DNA of 64,000 nucleotides from Escherichia coli (GTDB lineage Bacteria; Pseudomonadota; Gammaproteobacteria; Enterobacterales; Enterobacteriaceae): NCBI RefSeq assembly GCF_001677475.2, contig NZ_CP015229.1; one strand, 5' to 3'. Shown piece by piece: positions 52,881 to 64,000 of this stretch (position 1 is its first letter; each line of letters starts with the position of its first letter). The notes under the pieces were generated by a model. It saw only the letters and a program-made list of their open reading frames with translations, ran no database searches and was not told where the DNA came from. The position numbers and the translations under genes were made by a program.

Positions 52881-53390
52881 GGCATTTCATCTCGATCTGC
52901 GGCACACGCAATTGCCAAAGCATATCGATACAGCACTTTACCCTGCCCCTGCTAGCACAATAACATCTACCAGCGACTCTTCCAGCCAACACCCCAAATG
53001 CATTTCTTTATGAATTAATCTGCAACAAAACCGCCTCCCATATAGAAATATTTGCAAAAATAGTGCATGAAATAAGCTTTTTCTCTACCAATCCGGGATA
53101 TAAATATTCATCAGCACCACAATATTCCACAGCACTAAATCTCTCCCCGCCGCCCCGTACCTCTGATAATGGTCTAAAATCATTGAGGCCACTTGCGACG
53201 ACGTTGCTCAATAAGGAAAGTTTGGCGTGAATAATATTCAACACCAGTGCAGCATCATCATTACATACTTACACCCGCCGCCTACCGCTTTCGATATATT
53301 GACTCAATTTTCCAGACTGGTTAAAAATAGCGACCAGCTCAGTCGCAAATATAGTGACTACCCTAACTAAGCAACAATAAGGAATACACT

Positions 53391-54242
53391 ATGACTGTTC
53401 AAACAAGTAAAAATCCGCAGGTCGATATTGCTGAAGATAATGCATTCTTCCCTTCAGAATATTCGCTTAGCCAATATACCAGTCCTGTCTCTGATCTTGA
53501 TGGCGTGGACTATCCAAAACCGTATCGCGGTAAACATAAAATTCTGGTGATCGCCGCGGACGAACGTTATTTGCCGACCGATAACGGAAAACTGTTCTCG
53601 ACCGGTAACCATCCGATTGAAACGTTGCTGCCGTTGTATCATCTCCATGCTGCAGGTTTCGAATTCGAAGTGGCGACCATTTCCGGTCTGATGACCAAGT
53701 TTGAATACTGGGCTATGCCACACAAAGATGAAAAAGTAATGCCATTCTTTGAGCAGCATAAATCGTTGTTCCGCAATCCGAAGAAACTCGCGGATGTTGT
53801 CGCCAGACTCAATGCTGACAGCGAATATGCAGCAATCTTTGTTCCTGGTGGTCATGGCGCACTTATTGGTTTACCTGAAAGCCAGGACGTAGCTGCTGCT
53901 TTGCAGTGGGCAATCAAAAATGACCGTTTTGTTATCTCCCTTTGCCACGGCCCGGCGGCTTTTCTGGCGCTTCGCCACGGCGATAACCCATTGAATGGTT
54001 ATTCCATTTGCGCATTCCCAGACGCCGCAGACAAACAAACGCCAGAGATTGGCTATATGCCGGGTCATCTCACCTGGTACTTTGGCGAAGAGCTGAAGAA
54101 AATGGGCATGAACATCATTAATGACGACATCACCGGGCGAGTACATAAGGACCGTAAACTTCTCACCGGCGACAGTCCTTTCGCAGCGAATGCGTTGGGT
54201 AAACTGGCGGCGCAGGAAATGCTGGCAGCTTACGCGGGTTAA
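53391..54242 (+). CDS. hchA: glyoxalase III / Hsp31 chaperone
   Basis: 283 aa DJ-1/PfpI family ORF. Confidence 0.93.
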   Translation: MTVQTSKNPQVDIAEDNAFFPSEYSLSQYTSPVSDLDGVDYPKPYRGKHKILVIAADERYLPTDNGKLFSTGNHPIETLLPLYHLHAAGFEFEVATISGLMTKFEYWAMPHKDEKVMPFFEQHKSLFRNPKKLADVVARLNADSEYAAIFVPGGHGALIGLPESQDVAAALQWAIKNDRFVISLCHGPAAFLALRHGDNPLNGYSICAFPDAADKQTPEIGYMPGHLTWYFGEELKKMGMNIINDDITGRVHKDRKLLTGDSPFAANALGKLAAQEMLAAYAG

Positions 54243-54349
54243 TCCCTGTTACGTTTTAATGTAAGCGCATAATCAATCGCAGCCGCGTTAGTACTCACGA
54301 CGTGGCTGCGGTTTTTCATGGTTAATTTATGGCGTACTGAAGCCCTATG

Positions 54350-55708
54350 TTAATTTCTTTGCGGTAACGTAATTCGGAACACGTTATGCTTATTGAGATA
54401 GTGATACGTAGCACTTCCCCCATGTAATTCGGCAATCGCTTTAACCAAAGAAAGACCAAGTCCCTGACCTACAGAATGACGCGAATTATCTCCCCGCCAA
54501 AATCTACGGAAGAGTTTTTCAGGCTCATTAATTATCGTTCCTGGACTCGCGATATCAATATTAAGAGAGCCGTTGGTATCAAGAAAACTGGTTATATGAA
54601 TGCACGATTTTTCTGGTGAATATCGAATAGCGTTAACAATAAGATTCGATAACATTCGTTGCAGTAAAATTTTATCCGCAAAGATTTGCTGATTGCACTC
54701 GACCTTAAAGCAAATCTCTTTCTCGTCTGAAAGGTATTCAAGATAGTCTAACAAATTTTCGACTTCCTTATTGAGAGAAAGCGAGTCCAGTTTCACCAAA
54801 ATATTGTTTTTATCTGCCCTGGCAAGAAACAGTATGTTCTCTGTTAACCGCGAAATATTTTCCAACTCTTCAATGTTTCCGGCAATTGTTTTTTGATATT
54901 CAGCGATACTTCTGGTTTGACTGAGCGTAACCTGATTCTGACCCAGTAATGCATTAATTGGCGTTCTAAGTTCATGAGCGAGATCGTCAGCAAACTGACT
55001 TAGACGCTCAAAATCTTTGACTAAAGCATGATGCATTTTATTTAACGCCTGCCCAAGAGGTTTTAGTTCTCTCGGTAATGCGCTAACCTCAACAGGCTCT
55101 CGGCTATCGTTATAATTCAGCGCTTCCGTTACACCACTCAACTTTTTAATCTCTCGTAATCCCGTTCTGATTAACATCGGGCTTAATACTGAGCAAAGTA
55201 CAATGGCGACAATGCAAATTATAATGCTATTAATTTTATACTGTTCAAGCATGTTATGTCTGGCTGAAGCCAATTTAGCCACAGTAACCGTTAATGATGG
55301 CGAAACTTCATCAATATTAATTCGTAAAGCATCAATCTCAGTGTCATTAATAATGCTTCTGTAAATGCCAGCTGCGCTGATTGTCTCACTAGCAGGTATG
55401 TTATTTAACATGTCATCACTGACATTTGTCCGGTTAACAATTTTATTGATGCCATCACCATGAATGATCAAGATATCCTGACTAACATCCATCATCCGGT
55501 TAAAGTACACAGGTAACGTATCTGGATTTACCCCATCAATTAACAACTGCTTGATCTGCGCTGTCCGGTTAATGAGTGTTGTATCATCGCGCCATTTCAA
55601 CTCACTTGCGAGGCCATTATAGAGAGTCCATACAATTCCAGCGCCAGCAACAGACAGCAGCAATATAAAAAGCAAGGTTAAACGGACGGTTATAGATAAT
55701 CTTTTCAT
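54350..55708 (-). CDS. hprS: two-component sensor kinase HprS (YedV)
   Basis: 452 aa histidine kinase. Confidence 0.92.
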   Translation of the reverse strand: MKRLSITVRLTLLFILLLSVAGAGIVWTLYNGLASELKWRDDTTLINRTAQIKQLLIDGVNPDTLPVYFNRMMDVSQDILIIHGDGINKIVNRTNVSDDMLNNIPASETISAAGIYRSIINDTEIDALRINIDEVSPSLTVTVAKLASARHNMLEQYKINSIIICIVAIVLCSVLSPMLIRTGLREIKKLSGVTEALNYNDSREPVEVSALPRELKPLGQALNKMHHALVKDFERLSQFADDLAHELRTPINALLGQNQVTLSQTRSIAEYQKTIAGNIEELENISRLTENILFLARADKNNILVKLDSLSLNKEVENLLDYLEYLSDEKEICFKVECNQQIFADKILLQRMLSNLIVNAIRYSPEKSCIHITSFLDTNGSLNIDIASPGTIINEPEKLFRRFWRGDNSRHSVGQGLGLSLVKAIAELHGGSATYHYLNKHNVFRITLPQRN

Positions 55709-56379
55709 TATTTTTTTACCGCTACGAATGAATAGCCCATCCCCCGGATTGTGGCGATTAGCTTTTCAGGAAAAGGATCATCAACTTTTGCGCGGAGCCT
55801 GCGAATGGCGACATCCACCGTATTGGTATCACTATCAAAGTTGATTCCCCAAATTTCACTCGCAATAACCGTTCTGGGTATAATTTCGCCAGCTCTGGAG
55901 GCCAGTAGCCAAAGTAACTGAAACTCCTTGCGCGTCAGTGTAATACTGATATTGTCCCTGCTCACACTTTGACTAACAGAGTCCATTCTTAAGCCACTGA
56001 TTTCTAATGTTGAATTCAAAGCGTGATGTTGCCTTAATTGTGCCCGAACCCTTGCCAGCAACTCAGAAAATGAAAAAGGTTTTACCAGATAATCATTTGC
56101 TCCACTGTCCAGCCCTCTGACTCTATCATCGACAGAATCCCTTGCAGTAAGGCAAATAACAGGGGTTTGCTTTGCTGTTCTTAACGTTTGTAAGATCTGC
56201 CAGCCATCCATACCCGGAAGCATAATATCCAGAATGATCAATGCATAATCATCCTTCAGCGCAAGATAAAGCCCATCTCTGCCATCAGAAACGGCATCAA
56301 TGACATAACCCGCTTCGGAAAGCCCCTGTGTTACCCATTCCTGGGTCCTTTGATTATCTTCAATAAGTAAAATCTTCAT
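55708..56379 (-). CDS. hprR: two-component response regulator HprR (YedW)
   Basis: Start at MKILLIEDNQRTQEW (223 aa), OmpR family. Confidence 0.92.
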   Translation of the reverse strand: MKILLIEDNQRTQEWVTQGLSEAGYVIDAVSDGRDGLYLALKDDYALIILDIMLPGMDGWQILQTLRTAKQTPVICLTARDSVDDRVRGLDSGANDYLVKPFSFSELLARVRAQLRQHHALNSTLEISGLRMDSVSQSVSRDNISITLTRKEFQLLWLLASRAGEIIPRTVIASEIWGINFDSDTNTVDVAIRRLRAKVDDPFPEKLIATIRGMGYSFVAVKK

Positions 56380-56511
56380 GAAAATAATATGCCATAAATC
56401 ATATGTTATAGAAACAGCCTGGTTCATTACAAAATTGTAATGCTGCTGTAAGGTTACCCTGGACGTTTTTTCGCTATCCTCAAAACTCATTCACATGACA
56501 AGGATATAAAC

Positions 56512-56925
56512 ATGTTAAAGCGTTATTTAGTACTCTCGGTAGCAACGGCAGCATTTTCATTACCTTCTTTGGTTTATGCCGCACAACAAAACATTCTTAG
56601 CGTGCACATTTTGAACCAGCAAACAGGAAAACCCGCTGCTGACGTGACAGTCACTCTTGAAAAGAAGGCGGATAACGGCTGGTTACAACTTAATACCGCC
56701 AAAACAGATAAGGATGGACGAATTAAGGCACTGTGGCCCGAGCAAACTGCAACTACGGGCGATTACCGTGTCGTATTTAAAACTGGGGACTATTTCAAGA
56801 AACAAAATCTTGAAAGTTTCTTCCCTGAGATCCCCGTTGAATTTCATATTAATAAAGTGAACGAGCATTATCATGTGCCTTTATTACTTAGCCAATATGG
56901 GTATTCAACCTATCGTGGCAGTTAA
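56512..56925 (+). CDS. hiuH: 5-hydroxyisourate hydrolase (transthyretin-like)
   Basis: 137 aa with signal peptide and C-terminal YRGS. Confidence 0.92.
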   Translation: MLKRYLVLSVATAAFSLPSLVYAAQQNILSVHILNQQTGKPAADVTVTLEKKADNGWLQLNTAKTDKDGRIKALWPEQTATTGDYRVVFKTGDYFKKQNLESFFPEIPVEFHINKVNEHYHVPLLLSQYGYSTYRGS

Positions 56926-57027
56926 TGCATAAATATGTAAAAGCAGATCTCTGCTACTGTTAGGGAGGACACTCCCTGACAGATTAACAGTAAACGGCTC
57001 TTTCTGGCTAAAGACAAAAAAGTGTGA

Positions 57028-58038
<1,011 letters not shown>

Positions 58039-58674
58039 ATGCGTCTGACAGCAAAACAGGTGACATGGCTGAAAGTTTGCCTGCATCTTGCCGGATTGTT
58101 GCCGTTTCTCTGGCTGGTCTGGGCGATCAATCACGGTGGACTGGGTGCCGATCCGGTGAAAGATATTCAGCATTTTACCGGTCGCACTGCACTGAAATTT
58201 TTGCTGGCGACCTTGTTAATCACACCTCTGGCACGCTACGCAAAACAGCCGTTATTGATACGCACTCGCCGCCTGTTAGGCTTATGGTGCTTTGCCTGGG
58301 CGACACTGCATTTAACCAGTTACGCATTGCTGGAGCTGGGCGTGAATAATCTGGCGTTATTAGGTAAGGAGTTAATTACCCGGCCTTATTTAACGTTAGG
58401 TATTATCAGCTGGGTAATTTTGCTTGCTTTAGCGTTCACTTCAACCCAGGCGATGCAGCGAAAACTCGGCAAACACTGGCAACAGTTGCATAACTTCGTC
58501 TATCTTGTCGCGATCCTGGCCCCTATACATTATCTGTGGTCAGTGAAGATTATTTCACCGCAGCCGCTCATCTACGCTGGGCTGGCTGTACTGCTTTTAG
58601 CCTTACGGTATAAGAAGTTGCGTTCCCTTTTTAACCGGTTACGCAAGCAGGTTCACAACAAATTATCTCTATAA
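58039..58674 (+). CDS. msrQ: methionine sulfoxide reductase heme-binding subunit MsrQ (YedZ)
   Basis: 211 aa membrane ORF. Confidence 0.93.
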   Translation: MRLTAKQVTWLKVCLHLAGLLPFLWLVWAINHGGLGADPVKDIQHFTGRTALKFLLATLLITPLARYAKQPLLIRTRRLLGLWCFAWATLHLTSYALLELGVNNLALLGKELITRPYLTLGIISWVILLALAFTSTQAMQRKLGKHWQQLHNFVYLVAILAPIHYLWSVKIISPQPLIYAGLAVLLLALRYKKLRSLFNRLRKQVHNKLSL

Positions 58675-58695
58675 CGTCCTATTGCTGACAAAGTA

Positions 58696-58742
58696 CGCGT
58701 TATCCCTGCCGGATGCGGCGCGAGCGCCCTATCCGGCATACA
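58696..58742. repeat. REP element
   Basis: gcgttatccctgccggatgcggcgcgagcgccctatccggcatac. Confidence 0.7.
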
Positions 58743-58930
58743 CAGATCGCATTAGATTATGTTTCGTTTGTCATCAACCTCAAATTACCAACATAATTTA
58801 TTTTATTTCAATAAGATAGATAAGCACACCTGAGAGAACTATTCTCTTGTCTCCTAAGAGTTGTTGCATTTTATTATATGTTACAATATAACATTACACA
58901 TCATATGCAATGACTCTGGAGGAAACTGTT

Positions 58931-59581
58931 TTGGCGATTCGTCTTCACAAACTGGCTGTTGCTTTAGGTGTCTTTATTGTTAGCGCTCCTACCTTTTCGC
59001 ATGGTCATCACTCACACGGCAAACCCTTAACAGAGGTCGAACAAAAAGCTGCTAATGGTGTTTTTGATGATGCCAATGTACAAAACCGAACGCTCAGTGA
59101 CTGGGATGGAGTCTGGCAATCCGTTTATCCTTTACTGCAAAGTGGCAAACTTGACCCCGTCTTTCAGAAGAAAGCGGATGCAGATAAAACTAAAACATTT
59201 GCTGAAATTAAAGATTATTATCACAAAGGTTATGCAACAGATATCGAGATGATTGGCATTGAGGACGGCATTGTTGAATTCCATATAAATAATGAAATAA
59301 CATCCTGTAAATATGATTACGATGGATACAAAATACTCACCTATAAATCAGGCAAGAAAGGCGTTCGTTACTTATTCGAATGTAGAGATCCTGAAAGCAA
59401 AGCCCCTAAATATATACAATTTAGCGATCATATAATTGCACCACGAAAATCATCTCATTTTCACATTTTTATGGGTAATGATTCACAGCAATCTTTATTG
59501 AATGAAATGGAAAACTGGCCAACGTATTATCCATATCAGTTAAGTAGCGAAGAAGTGGTCGAGGAGATGATGTCTCATTGA
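58931..59581 (+). CDS. zinT: zinc/cadmium-binding periplasmic protein ZinT (YodA)
   Basis: His-rich HGHHSHG motif; TTG start at 58931 assumed to give the K-12 length. Confidence 0.9.
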   Translation: MAIRLHKLAVALGVFIVSAPTFSHGHHSHGKPLTEVEQKAANGVFDDANVQNRTLSDWDGVWQSVYPLLQSGKLDPVFQKKADADKTKTFAEIKDYYHKGYATDIEMIGIEDGIVEFHINNEITSCKYDYDGYKILTYKSGKKGVRYLFECRDPESKAPKYIQFSDHIIAPRKSSHFHIFMGNDSQQSLLNEMENWPTYYPYQLSSEEVVEEMMSH

Positions 59582-59923
59582 GTGTCCTCATGATAACGTC
59601 TCGATGCCGCTTTAGTAAGTCATCATAACTGCCACTGGTCCATCCACAAACGCCACTGAACGCAAGCTAGCTACAGACACGCTCATCACTATGACGTGTC
59701 TGTATATTAATAAGCTAACCCGCATAGAGTTAACCAATAACGGATTCCATACACAATACGGCCAACAGAGAAAGATACCTGTGCTCACGCCATTGCTTAT
59801 ATTAGCTGGTTACAATGTGCACTATCAATTTTTTAAATAACAAATTCTTAAAACCACATCTGTATAAGGAATTTTTAAGATTCGTGGGATAGCTTGACTG
59901 TGAAAATTACAGGAGCTACAAAA

Positions 59924-60454
59924 ATGAACCGATTTTCAAAAACTCAAATTTATTTACATTGGATAACGCTGCTTTTCGTTGCAATAACCTATGCCGCGAT
60001 GGAACTCCGTGGCTGGTTTCCTAAAGGTAGTAGTACTTATCTGCTGATGCGAGAAACACATTACAATGCGGGTATATTCGTTTGGGTGTTAATGTTTTCA
60101 CGCCTGATTATAAAACACCGTTATAGTGATCCTTCTATTGTGCCACCGCCACCTGCCTGGCAAATGAAAGCGGCTTCGCTAATGCACATCATGCTTTATA
60201 TAACCTTCCTTGCGCTTCCTCTGCTGGGGATTGCTTTAATGGCTTACAGTGGAAAATCGTGGAGTTTCCTTGGTTTCAATGTGTCTCCCTTTGTTACCCC
60301 AAACAGCGAAATTAAAGCACTGATAAAAAATATTCACGAAACCTGGGCAAATATAGGTTACTTTTTAATCGCAGCTCACGCTGGCGCAGCACTCTTTCAT
60401 CACTACATTCAGAAAGATAATACTCTGTTACGAATGATGCCTCGCCGCAAATAA
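59924..60454 (+). CDS. yodB: cytochrome b561-family protein YodB
   Basis: Start at MNRFSKTQIYLHWIT (ATG 59924). Confidence 0.9.
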   Translation: MNRFSKTQIYLHWITLLFVAITYAAMELRGWFPKGSSTYLLMRETHYNAGIFVWVLMFSRLIIKHRYSDPSIVPPPPAWQMKAASLMHIMLYITFLALPLLGIALMAYSGKSWSFLGFNVSPFVTPNSEIKALIKNIHETWANIGYFLIAAHAGAALFHHYIQKDNTLLRMMPRRK

Positions 60455-61023
60455 GTCGATCCCCTGACAAGGAAATGTGAACCATGGACATCAACGCGTC
60501 ATAAATGTTTACGCAAGTGCACAATGCACCCTTTCCACTATCAACAAGGAGGAGCAGAAACTGTGTAAATCGTACAATGGTAAGACTTATCAAAAATACA
60601 GGTTAATTTTGGTATTTAAACCTTTTTTACTTGTTAGTATGATACAAAGGCTTTCAAAAAAGCTGGGAAATTCAACAACTCTTGGAAATTATGGACTTTG
60701 TCCCGCGGCTTTAATCTGACGGCCGCGTTCCTTTTTTGGCTCAATTATTGACCCCTTCTCTACGCAACTTCAGTTCCCACCACCAACTTTGCGGCAGTTT
60801 CATAGGATGAATGTCTAAAAGAATAATGGTGAGCGATAAGAAAACGACTGAATAACTGCAGATTTTCGCTCGAAAGCTTCCTGTCAGATCCATAGCGAAT
60901 CAAGTGCTGAATGTCACAGTATCGAACAGAAAACAGTGACGATCTAACCCTTCAAGAATATTCTACGATTGTTCTGTTTAGGAAAAGCAAGGCGGGAAGT
61001 CGGGAGATAAGTCATTGATAAAG

Positions 61024-61085
61024 TGGCGGAGAGAGGGGGATTTGAACCCCCGGTAGAGTTGCCCCTACTCCGGTTTTCGAGACCG
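61024..61085 (-). tRNA. 5'-truncated tRNA-Ser(CGA) copy (serU-type 3' portion only): att junction of an integrated island
   Basis: Reverse complement reads GGTCTCGAAAACCGGAGTAGGGGCAACTCTACCGGGGGTTCAAATCCCCCTCTCTCCGCCA (anticodon loop to CCA end); the expected 5' acceptor/D-arm (GGAGAGATGCCGGAGCGG...) is replaced by unrelated sequence. Confidence 0.8.
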
Positions 61086-61467
61086 CTGATACCGGATTGA
61101 AAAATCAAAAGGTTAGAAAATTTTCTTGGAATAAATGTCTTAAAATCGTACACGAAAAATCAATAAATTACATAACATTAAAGAAAAATATTCCAAGCCT
61201 TTCTTGACCTTTTTCGCTATCTGGATCTATATTCTCGACGCAACCGCAAAATCGGTTGTCGGGATTGGTCTCCCGGATGAAAAAGGCGGCAATAGGCGCG
61301 CTCGCGTCTTTTTTATTGCCGTTTGCATAGCCACACTCGCATTATGGTGGGTTGGCGGTGGCGCTCCGGCGCGCCGGTTCCTTTTTCCCGGTAAGACCAA
61401 CGCCGTCAGCTCACCACCCTGATTGGTCTCAGGTTGGTGATGATTCACATAGAAAAAGGATCATCCT

Positions 61468-61971
61468 ATGGCTATTCAAATCTCAGTTGAAACTCTTTCC
61501 CCGATCACCCATAACCAAATCCCTGTCATTACTACCGAGCTTTTGGCACAACTTTATGGCACCGAAACTAATAACATCAAAGTGAACTATACACGCAATG
61601 CCGAGCGTTTTGTTTGTGGGAAACACTACTTCAAATTGGAAGGGACTGAGTTGCGGGAATTTAAGAACAAGGTTACTCAAAGTAACTTAGTTGCACCGCG
61701 TACAAAGCACCTCATCCTCTGGACAGAACGCGGAGCAGCCCGTCACGCCAAAATGCTCGAAACCGATCAGGCCTGGGAAGTGTTCGAAAAACTCGAAGAC
61801 TGTTATTTCAGCCAAAAACAACCACCAGCAGCACAAAACTCCCTCAACGAAAATGATGGATGCGCATTACTGATCCACTTCGATAAACACGGTCAGGTAG
61901 AGTTCACGGAAAAAGTCCCCGCCGATGCGATGGTATGCACTCTGGAACGGTTTAATATGAGACGACAATAA
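61468..61971 (+). CDS. ORF6N-domain protein (phage antirepressor-like DNA-binding protein)
   Basis: 167 aa ORF; N-terminal pattern IPVITTELLAQLYGTETNNIKVNYTRNAERFVCGKHYFKLEGTEL typical of ORF6N/KilA-N-like domains. Confidence 0.65.
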   Translation: MAIQISVETLSPITHNQIPVITTELLAQLYGTETNNIKVNYTRNAERFVCGKHYFKLEGTELREFKNKVTQSNLVAPRTKHLILWTERGAARHAKMLETDQAWEVFEKLEDCYFSQKQPPAAQNSLNENDGCALLIHFDKHGQVEFTEKVPADAMVCTLERFNMRRQ

Positions 61972-62048
61972 CTCAGTCCGCCTGGCGCCGATTATTCTGG
62001 CCGGTTTTGTAACCTGAGTGTCATTTACATGATCCAACAGGAAATGGC

Positions 62049-63548
62049 GTGACGCTCAATACTTCTCAGGTCAGTTACTATATGACTCAGCGTAAGAAAG
62101 GTATAACTCAGCATATCTCGGCCATGAAGGCTGGTATCTCAGTCCGTTCTGGTCGTCGGATCGAAAAAGGAGAGTGGGCAAAAAACAGTGTTCGGCACTG
62201 GCGCACACGCAAAGATCCTCTGGAAGCTGTGTGGGACAGCATGCTTGTTCCTCTGTTGAAAGAGAGGCCGGCTCTGACACCAACAACTCTACTGGAGATG
62301 CTACAGGATAAATATCCCGGCCAGTACCCCAACAGCCTTCGAAGAACAATGCAACGGCGGGTTCGCGAATGGAAACTACAGTATGGTACAGAGCAGGAGG
62401 TCATGTTCCGCCAGCAACATCAGCCCGGCCTGCGAGGCCTGTCGGACTTTACTGAACTGAAAGGTGTAGTTGTCACCATCGCCGGTAAGTTGTTGGCGCA
62501 TAAGTTGTATCACTTCCGTCTGGAATGGAGCCACTGGAGCTGGATGCGGGTTGTTCTGGGTGGTGAGAGCTTCTCTGCTCTGGCTGAAGGCCTGCAGGAA
62601 GCCCTCGGACAACTGGGCGGAGTGCCGGTAGAACATAAAACGGACAGCCTGAGGGCAGCATGGAAACAACAGGGCGAAGATGGACGCCGCGAGCTGACTG
62701 AGCGTTATGCTACTCTCTGTCAGCACTACGGAATGCAGGGCGTACACAATAATGCCGGTCGGGGCCACGAAAATGGCTCGGTTGAAAGTGCCCACGGACA
62801 TCTGAAAAGGCGTATCTGTCAGGCGCTGATACTGCGGGGCAGTAACGACTTCAGCACCATAGAAGAATATCAGGCCTTCATCACTCAGCAGGTTATGCGG
62901 CACAACCGTAACAATCAGGATCTGGTCAAGGAAGAACGTCTTCATCTGAAACCGCTGCCGCTTCGTCGCAGTGCTGACTATGATGAGCTGACTGTGAGGG
63001 TTAGTCGCAGCAGTACCATCAATGTGAAGCACGTCGTCTACAGCGTACCTTCCCGGCTTGTAGGTCAACTGTTACGGGTCAGGTTATGGGACGATCGTCT
63101 GAGCTGTTACGTTGGCAGCAGCGAGGTCATGAGCTGCCCTCGCGTCAGACCAGAAAAAGGGAAGACGCGGGCCCGTCGTATCGACTTCCGACATGTGATC
63201 GACAGTCTGGCAAAAAAGCCCGGTGCGTTCTGCCATGCAACGCTGAGAAATGACATCCTGCCGGACGATGAATGGCGGAGGCTGTGGCGTCGCTTATGTA
63301 ATCATCTGGAGCCCGATATGGCAGGAAGGCTGATGGTACATGCCCTGAAACTGGCTGCAGGATACGACGATATCTCAGTCGTGGCAAAAGGTATGGAGCA
63401 GATGCTGAATACCCCGGGAAACGTGGATCTGCACCGGCTGATGCGCTTCCTGGGTATAAAAGAAAAGGCGTTGCCGGTAGTCAATGTGATACAGCATAAC
63501 CTGAGCAGTTATGAGCAACTACTGCGTGGCAAGGGAGGTTCGCAGTGA
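62049..63548 (+). CDS. istA: IS21-family transposase IstA
   Basis: 499 aa ORF with N-terminal HTH and integrase-core region. Confidence 0.8.
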   Translation: MTLNTSQVSYYMTQRKKGITQHISAMKAGISVRSGRRIEKGEWAKNSVRHWRTRKDPLEAVWDSMLVPLLKERPALTPTTLLEMLQDKYPGQYPNSLRRTMQRRVREWKLQYGTEQEVMFRQQHQPGLRGLSDFTELKGVVVTIAGKLLAHKLYHFRLEWSHWSWMRVVLGGESFSALAEGLQEALGQLGGVPVEHKTDSLRAAWKQQGEDGRRELTERYATLCQHYGMQGVHNNAGRGHENGSVESAHGHLKRRICQALILRGSNDFSTIEEYQAFITQQVMRHNRNNQDLVKEERLHLKPLPLRRSADYDELTVRVSRSSTINVKHVVYSVPSRLVGQLLRVRLWDDRLSCYVGSSEVMSCPRVRPEKGKTRARRIDFRHVIDSLAKKPGAFCHATLRNDILPDDEWRRLWRRLCNHLEPDMAGRLMVHALKLAAGYDDISVVAKGMEQMLNTPGNVDLHRLMRFLGIKEKALPVVNVIQHNLSSYEQLLRGKGGSQ

Positions 63549-64000
63549 GCAATATCCATCACCTTGAACATAGCCTGCGTAAACTACGCCTGACACGAGT
63601 TGGAGCTGAATGGCACGCTCTGGAAAAACGAGCGCTGGCAGAAGGCTGGACACCATCGCGCTATCTTCTGACGCTATGCAATGAAGAACTCCTGTGGCGC
63701 GAGAGTGAAAAACTGCGTCGTTATAAAAAGGAGGCCCGGTTGCCAGTTGCCAAAACGCTGAGCGAATACGACTTCAGTCAGGTGCCGGAACTGAATGGAG
63801 CTCAGTTCCGGCAACTCTGTGAAACGACAGACTGGGTTGATGCAGGAGAAAACGTTCTGCTGTTCGGAGCCAGCGGGTTGGGGAAAAGCCATCTGGCGGC
63901 AGCGATCGTGGATGGCGTAGTAGGTCAGGGCTACCGGGCCCGGTTCTACAGCGCAGGAGAGCTGTTGCAGGAACTACGTAAAGCCAGAGCTCAGTTGAAA
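63545..64000 (+). CDS. istB: IS21-family ATP-binding helper IstB (partial, continues beyond window)
   Basis: GTG start overlapping istA stop; reads VSNIHHLEHSLRKLRL...; Walker A GASGLGKSHLA. Confidence 0.75.
   Translation, partial: MSNIHHLEHSLRKLRLTRVGAEWHALEKRALAEGWTPSRYLLTLCNEELLWRESEKLRRYKKEARLPVAKTLSEYDFSQVPELNGAQFRQLCETTDWVDAGENVLLFGASGLGKSHLAAAIVDGVVGQGYRARFYSAGELLQELRKARAQLK

Larger units (their letters stand above)
62000..64000 (+). mobile_element. IS21-family insertion sequence (istA-istB), runs off the window; left end not precisely defined
   Basis: Overlapping istA/istB gene pair characteristic of IS21 family. Confidence 0.75.

Noticed and set aside
61200-61450. Retron (msr/msd) hypothesis for the structured region near the tRNA remnant
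   Set aside because: No reverse-transcriptase ORF nearby (the next genes are ORF6N and IS21 transposases), and the a1/a2 inverted repeats expected for a retron were not found.

Overview
This window is an Escherichia coli-type chromosomal segment, collinear with the K-12 ftnA-tyrP / uvrCY / sdiA / tcy-fliAZY / fliCDST / amyA / yedDEFKL / fliE-R / rcsA / dgcQ / dcm-vsr / hchA / hprRS / msrPQ / zinT / yodB region. Gene identities come from my recall of the K-12 proteins compared against the supplied ORF translations; no database search was run. Most of the window is conserved core (flagellar regions II/III, tRNAs leuZ-cysT-glyW, the sRNA DsrA). Two accessory insertions stand out. (1) Between yedL and fliE (about 23.5-30.25 kb): an AT-rich LRR (IpaH/YopM-like) gene, then a ~5.3 kb module bounded by 41-bp perfect direct repeats. 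The module holds an IS3-family element with a 3-bp target duplication, a truncated divergent second copy of the SRAP gene yedK, an AT-rich gene whose product carries an Rx4H (HEPN-type) motif, a small Cys/His-rich ORF, a C4 zinc-finger ORF, an excisionase-like ORF and an intact tyrosine integrase. The HEPN-motif gene plus its small upstream partner is the best candidate for an undescribed defence or toxin-like system here. (2) After yodB (61.0 kb onward): a 5'-truncated copy of tRNA-Ser(CGA) (serU-type, 3' ~61 nt only), the signature of an att junction, followed by an ORF6N-domain (antirepressor-like) gene and an IS21-family element (istA, istB) that runs off the window. The flagellin gene is a longer, non-K-12 allele, and the OmpC-family porin that is a pseudogene in K-12 (yedS) appears intact.
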